64,000 nt of DNA from Escherichia phage 121Q: sequence record NC_025447.1. One strand, written 5' to 3'. Below, one piece after another: positions 61,392-64,000 of this stretch. How positions within the stretch are numbered: the stretch's first letter is position 1; each line of letters begins with the position of its first letter. Under the pieces are notes generated by a model, which saw nothing but the letters and a program-made list of their open reading frames with translations, was not told the DNA's origin and did no database searches. The position numbers were made by a program, and so were the translations under genes.

Positions 61392-61825
61392 ATCCAAGTA
61401 AATTTCTCCACTTACTTTCGATAACATCAATACCGGATCTTACCAGTGAAACTAATGAATATCGTGAAGCTGGGGTGGTGTCTATGGAACTCGATACATT
61501 TGACCACAAATGCTATGTGACATATGACCCACCGCGTTATGGTAAAGAACATTCTTCTTTTATTTTTGTATTCGTATACACGGTATATGATAATACAACA
61601 CTTGATGATGTTTGTATTGACACATACGAAATTTGTGATAATATCATAACTGATGACAACAATAACTCATTTGATATGTCACTATATAACACAGAAGAAT
61701 CGTTGTTTCAACTTAGTACTGTTATTGATGCACCATCATTAGAAGATATAAAACAATTTCAAGAACATCTTGACGCAGTTCGTGAGATGTTCTATAATCA
61801 TTATCCAGAAGTAGAGTTCAATTAA
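61385..61825 (+). CDS. paralog family member 7
   Basis: EESLFQLSTVID motif. Confidence 0.5.
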   Translation: MLNPSKFLHLLSITSIPDLTSETNEYREAGVVSMELDTFDHKCYVTYDPPRYGKEHSSFIFVFVYTVYDNTTLDDVCIDTYEICDNIITDDNNNSFDMSLYNTEESLFQLSTVIDAPSLEDIKQFQEHLDAVREMFYNHYPEVEFN

Positions 61826-61839
61826 CTAAAGGTAATAAG

Positions 61840-62100
61840 ATGACTAAAGTAGTTCGTAAACGCCACATGATGAACATGGATGAATTTCGCACATTTGACA
61901 AATATCGTACTATGTTTCGTATGCTTTCACAGGGCCGTCCAATCGTCATTGTAACAGAGAATTACATGTCACCTGAGATTATGTTTGGTAATTATGAAAA
62001 GGTCTTCATGTTGTACGTGAAGCGTGGATTACTTGCAATCAAGACATTAACTGAAGCAACTGATGAAGATATGGATGGTGATAATACCTTTACCATGTGA
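61840..62100 (+). CDS. hypothetical protein
   Basis: ORF track. Confidence 0.4.
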   Translation: MTKVVRKRHMMNMDEFRTFDKYRTMFRMLSQGRPIVIVTENYMSPEIMFGNYEKVFMLYVKRGLLAIKTLTEATDEDMDGDNTFTM

Positions 62101-62178
62101 GGAAATATATGTCTGAAAAGCCAAAAGAACCATTAGATCGTGATGATGATTTTTATGACGAACGATATGGAGATGATG

Positions 62179-62430
62179 ATGAGTGAACATAGTGCTGTGC
62201 TTAAAAAGATTTTAAAGGAACTTGATGGTGAGTTTAATGTCACAGAAGAAGAATATCAGCATTGGAAGAAAGGTTTTGAACAACTAACCGAGTATGATAA
62301 AGTGTTCAATATGATTGGCGTAATTAGCCAGTACTTACTCGGTGGAGGACGTGCAAGTGCTTCAATTCTGGCATCTGCAATCATCTGTACATCACGATGG
62401 TGTGATGAAAAAAGTTTGGAAGATTTCTAA
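62179..62430 (+). CDS. hypothetical protein
   Basis: ATG 62179 with GGAG RBS (ORF track begins at GTG 62140 in a Met-rich stretch). Confidence 0.4.
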   Translation: MSEHSAVLKKILKELDGEFNVTEEEYQHWKKGFEQLTEYDKVFNMIGVISQYLLGGGRASASILASAIICTSRWCDEKSLEDF

Positions 62431-62436
62431 ATAAGA

Positions 62437-62445
62437 TGCTATAAT
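62437..62445 (+). promoter_or_regulatory. extended -10 promoter element upstream of the methyltransferase
   Basis: TGCTATAAT embedded in the 14-bp palindrome TATAATATATTATA (62440-62453). Confidence 0.45.
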
Positions 62446-62482
62446 ATATTATAGTACCTTAACAATATAAAAAGGATTTTAT

Positions 62483-63343
62483 ATGAAACCTATCCGAGTA
62501 CTTTCTCTTTTTAATGGAATGAGTGTGGGATATATGGCATTGCAAGATGCTGGTATCCCAGTTGAAAAATATTATTCATCCGAAATTGATAAGTACGCAA
62601 TAGCTGAATCTCAATCTAACTTTCCTGATATTATCCAATTGGGTGATGTAACTAAGTGGAGAGAATGGGATATTGAGTGGGACAAAATAGATTTATTAAT
62701 GGGTGGTTTCCCATGCCAAGCCTGGTCAGTTGCAGGTAAACAGGGTGGTTTAAATGATATACGTGGGCAGTTATTTTTAGTAATGGTTGAAATTTTTGAT
62801 CATATCAAAAGTCTCAATCCTAACTTGAAATTTCTGTTTGAAAATGTTAAAATGAAGGAAGATTTCAAAGAATACATTAATAGTATTTTAGGAATCACGC
62901 CAGTACTGATAAACTCCCAGCATTATACGCCTCACTTCAGGCAGAGATATTACTGGTACAGTACTGATAAGCTTTTTATACCACCTGCATTATCCAATGC
63001 ACCTAAACTTCAAGATATTATTGAAGATGGTTGGTACACTGACAGAACCGCTTCGTACTGTATAGATGCTAACTATTTTAAAGGTGGTGATTGTAACCAG
63101 TACTTTAATAAATCCAGACGACAATTGGTGTTTCGTGATCCAGTGATTAATCGTCAATATCTATTAGAGAATGGCAAAAGAAATATTGACTATAGACACT
63201 TAAGTGTAGTAGAATGTTGTAAATTACAGGGTGTTCCTGAAGATTTCTTTAAAGTGTCTAGTAAGACACAAGCATACAAAATGCTTGGGAATGGATGGAC
63301 TATGCCAGTTATATCACATTTACTAAGAGAGATATTCTTTTGA
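62483..63343 (+). CDS. DNA (cytosine-5)-methyltransferase (orphan)
   Basis: Motif I region LSLFNGMSVG, motif IV GFPCQAWS, motif VI ENVK; no adjacent restriction endonuclease. Confidence 0.8.
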   Translation: MKPIRVLSLFNGMSVGYMALQDAGIPVEKYYSSEIDKYAIAESQSNFPDIIQLGDVTKWREWDIEWDKIDLLMGGFPCQAWSVAGKQGGLNDIRGQLFLVMVEIFDHIKSLNPNLKFLFENVKMKEDFKEYINSILGITPVLINSQHYTPHFRQRYYWYSTDKLFIPPALSNAPKLQDIIEDGWYTDRTASYCIDANYFKGGDCNQYFNKSRRQLVFRDPVINRQYLLENGKRNIDYRHLSVVECCKLQGVPEDFFKVSSKTQAYKMLGNGWTMPVISHLLREIFF

Positions 63344-63825
63344 ACATAAACAAATACCAAACTTATATAAAACGTACAGAAAGTTTCAAACGGCTGGCTG
63401 TAAAATCTGAATTAGAATTTAATTTGTATTATCCTAATATTGGTGATGAGGTATTTTATTGCTCTCATTCAAAGAATGGAACTTTACTTAAATCGGGTAA
63501 AGGAACTATTGTTGATATGACCGCAAATTTCAGAGGTAAACTTAATGTAATGTACAAAGTACAAGATTCAAGTACTGAGTGTATTCATGAAGTGATGCAT
63601 AACATACCTGCATATCCAAAAGATTTTGTTCAGCTAATATCTCGAAGGGAGAAACCTATGTTTTATTGTGGTTATGACAAATTAACCAAACAAATTATTC
63701 CTAATACTATGGGAAAATTTAAAAGTGATGTGAAATCTGAACTTGAAAAGAAATTTGGCACGTCATGGGAAACTGAAAACGAGTTTATCGAAATTCGTTT
63801 AATTGAAATTACTATACTTGAATAA
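63295..63825 (+). CDS. hypothetical protein
   Basis: ORF track; true start may be TTG 63340 overlapping the methyltransferase stop. Confidence 0.4.
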   Translation: MDYASYITFTKRDILLNINKYQTYIKRTESFKRLAVKSELEFNLYYPNIGDEVFYCSHSKNGTLLKSGKGTIVDMTANFRGKLNVMYKVQDSSTECIHEVMHNIPAYPKDFVQLISRREKPMFYCGYDKLTKQIIPNTMGKFKSDVKSELEKKFGTSWETENEFIEIRLIEITILE

Positions 63826-63830
63826 TTACA

Positions 63831-63855
63831 AATCCACGCATTGCGTGGATTTTTC
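63831..63855 (+). terminator. intrinsic terminator
   Basis: AATCCACGC / GCGTGGATT stem plus TTTT. Confidence 0.8.
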
Positions 63856-63867
63856 ATAGGTGCATAT

Positions 63868-64000
63868 ATGCCAATTCCTTATGTTAAAATTATTAATAAT
63901 ATTCTCGATTCATGGGAAGATGTTATTACTGGTAAAAAGCAACCATCACCAGTACATGCTTTATCTGGGAAACTTCAATTCAGAATGTCAAACCAAACTG
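63868..64000 (+). CDS. hypothetical protein (3-prime truncated by window end)
   Basis: ATG 63868 after terminator with AGGTG RBS; open to the window edge. Confidence 0.3.
   Translation, partial: MPIPYVKIINNILDSWEDVITGKKQPSPVHALSGKLQFRMSNQT

Noticed and set aside
62109-62186. 25-aa highly acidic mini-ORF (MSEKPKEPLDRDDDFYDERYGDDDE)
   Set aside because: Very short, no RBS, overlaps the Met-rich start region of the next gene; likely not an independent gene.

Overview
This window reads as a 64 kb segment of a large, AT-rich, T4-like myovirus genome (Straboviridae-type core genes, but not T4 gene order). About 90 tightly packed genes run almost entirely on the plus strand, often with overlapping stop/start codons and punctuated by clear hairpin plus T-run terminators and sigma70-like promoters. 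Recognisable core genes are FEN-type RNase H, terminase large subunit, gp32-like SSB, UvsX, UvsW, gp61-like primase, gp41-like helicase, NrdA/NrdB, DHFR, Dda helicase, topoisomerase II subunits (gp39/gp52-like), a GroES/gp31-like co-chaperonin, a gp44-like clamp loader and two DEDDh exonucleases. Accessory content that stands out: a tandem array of seven diverged paralogs sharing a C-terminal motif (58.1-61.8 kb); the only multi-gene minus-strand cassette (28.8-30.2 kb), carrying two paralogous membrane-anchored proteins, one frameshifted; an IF3-like plus ClpS-like gene pair; a NADAR-like protein; a bacterial-type RNase HI; an orphan C5-cytosine methyltransferase; and a possible Sm/Hfq-like mini-ORF. 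No tRNA, CRISPR array, intron or transposase was seen. All calls rest on reading the translated ORFs and the DNA by eye against remembered family motifs; no database search was run, and start codons were refined by eye from ribosome-binding sites.
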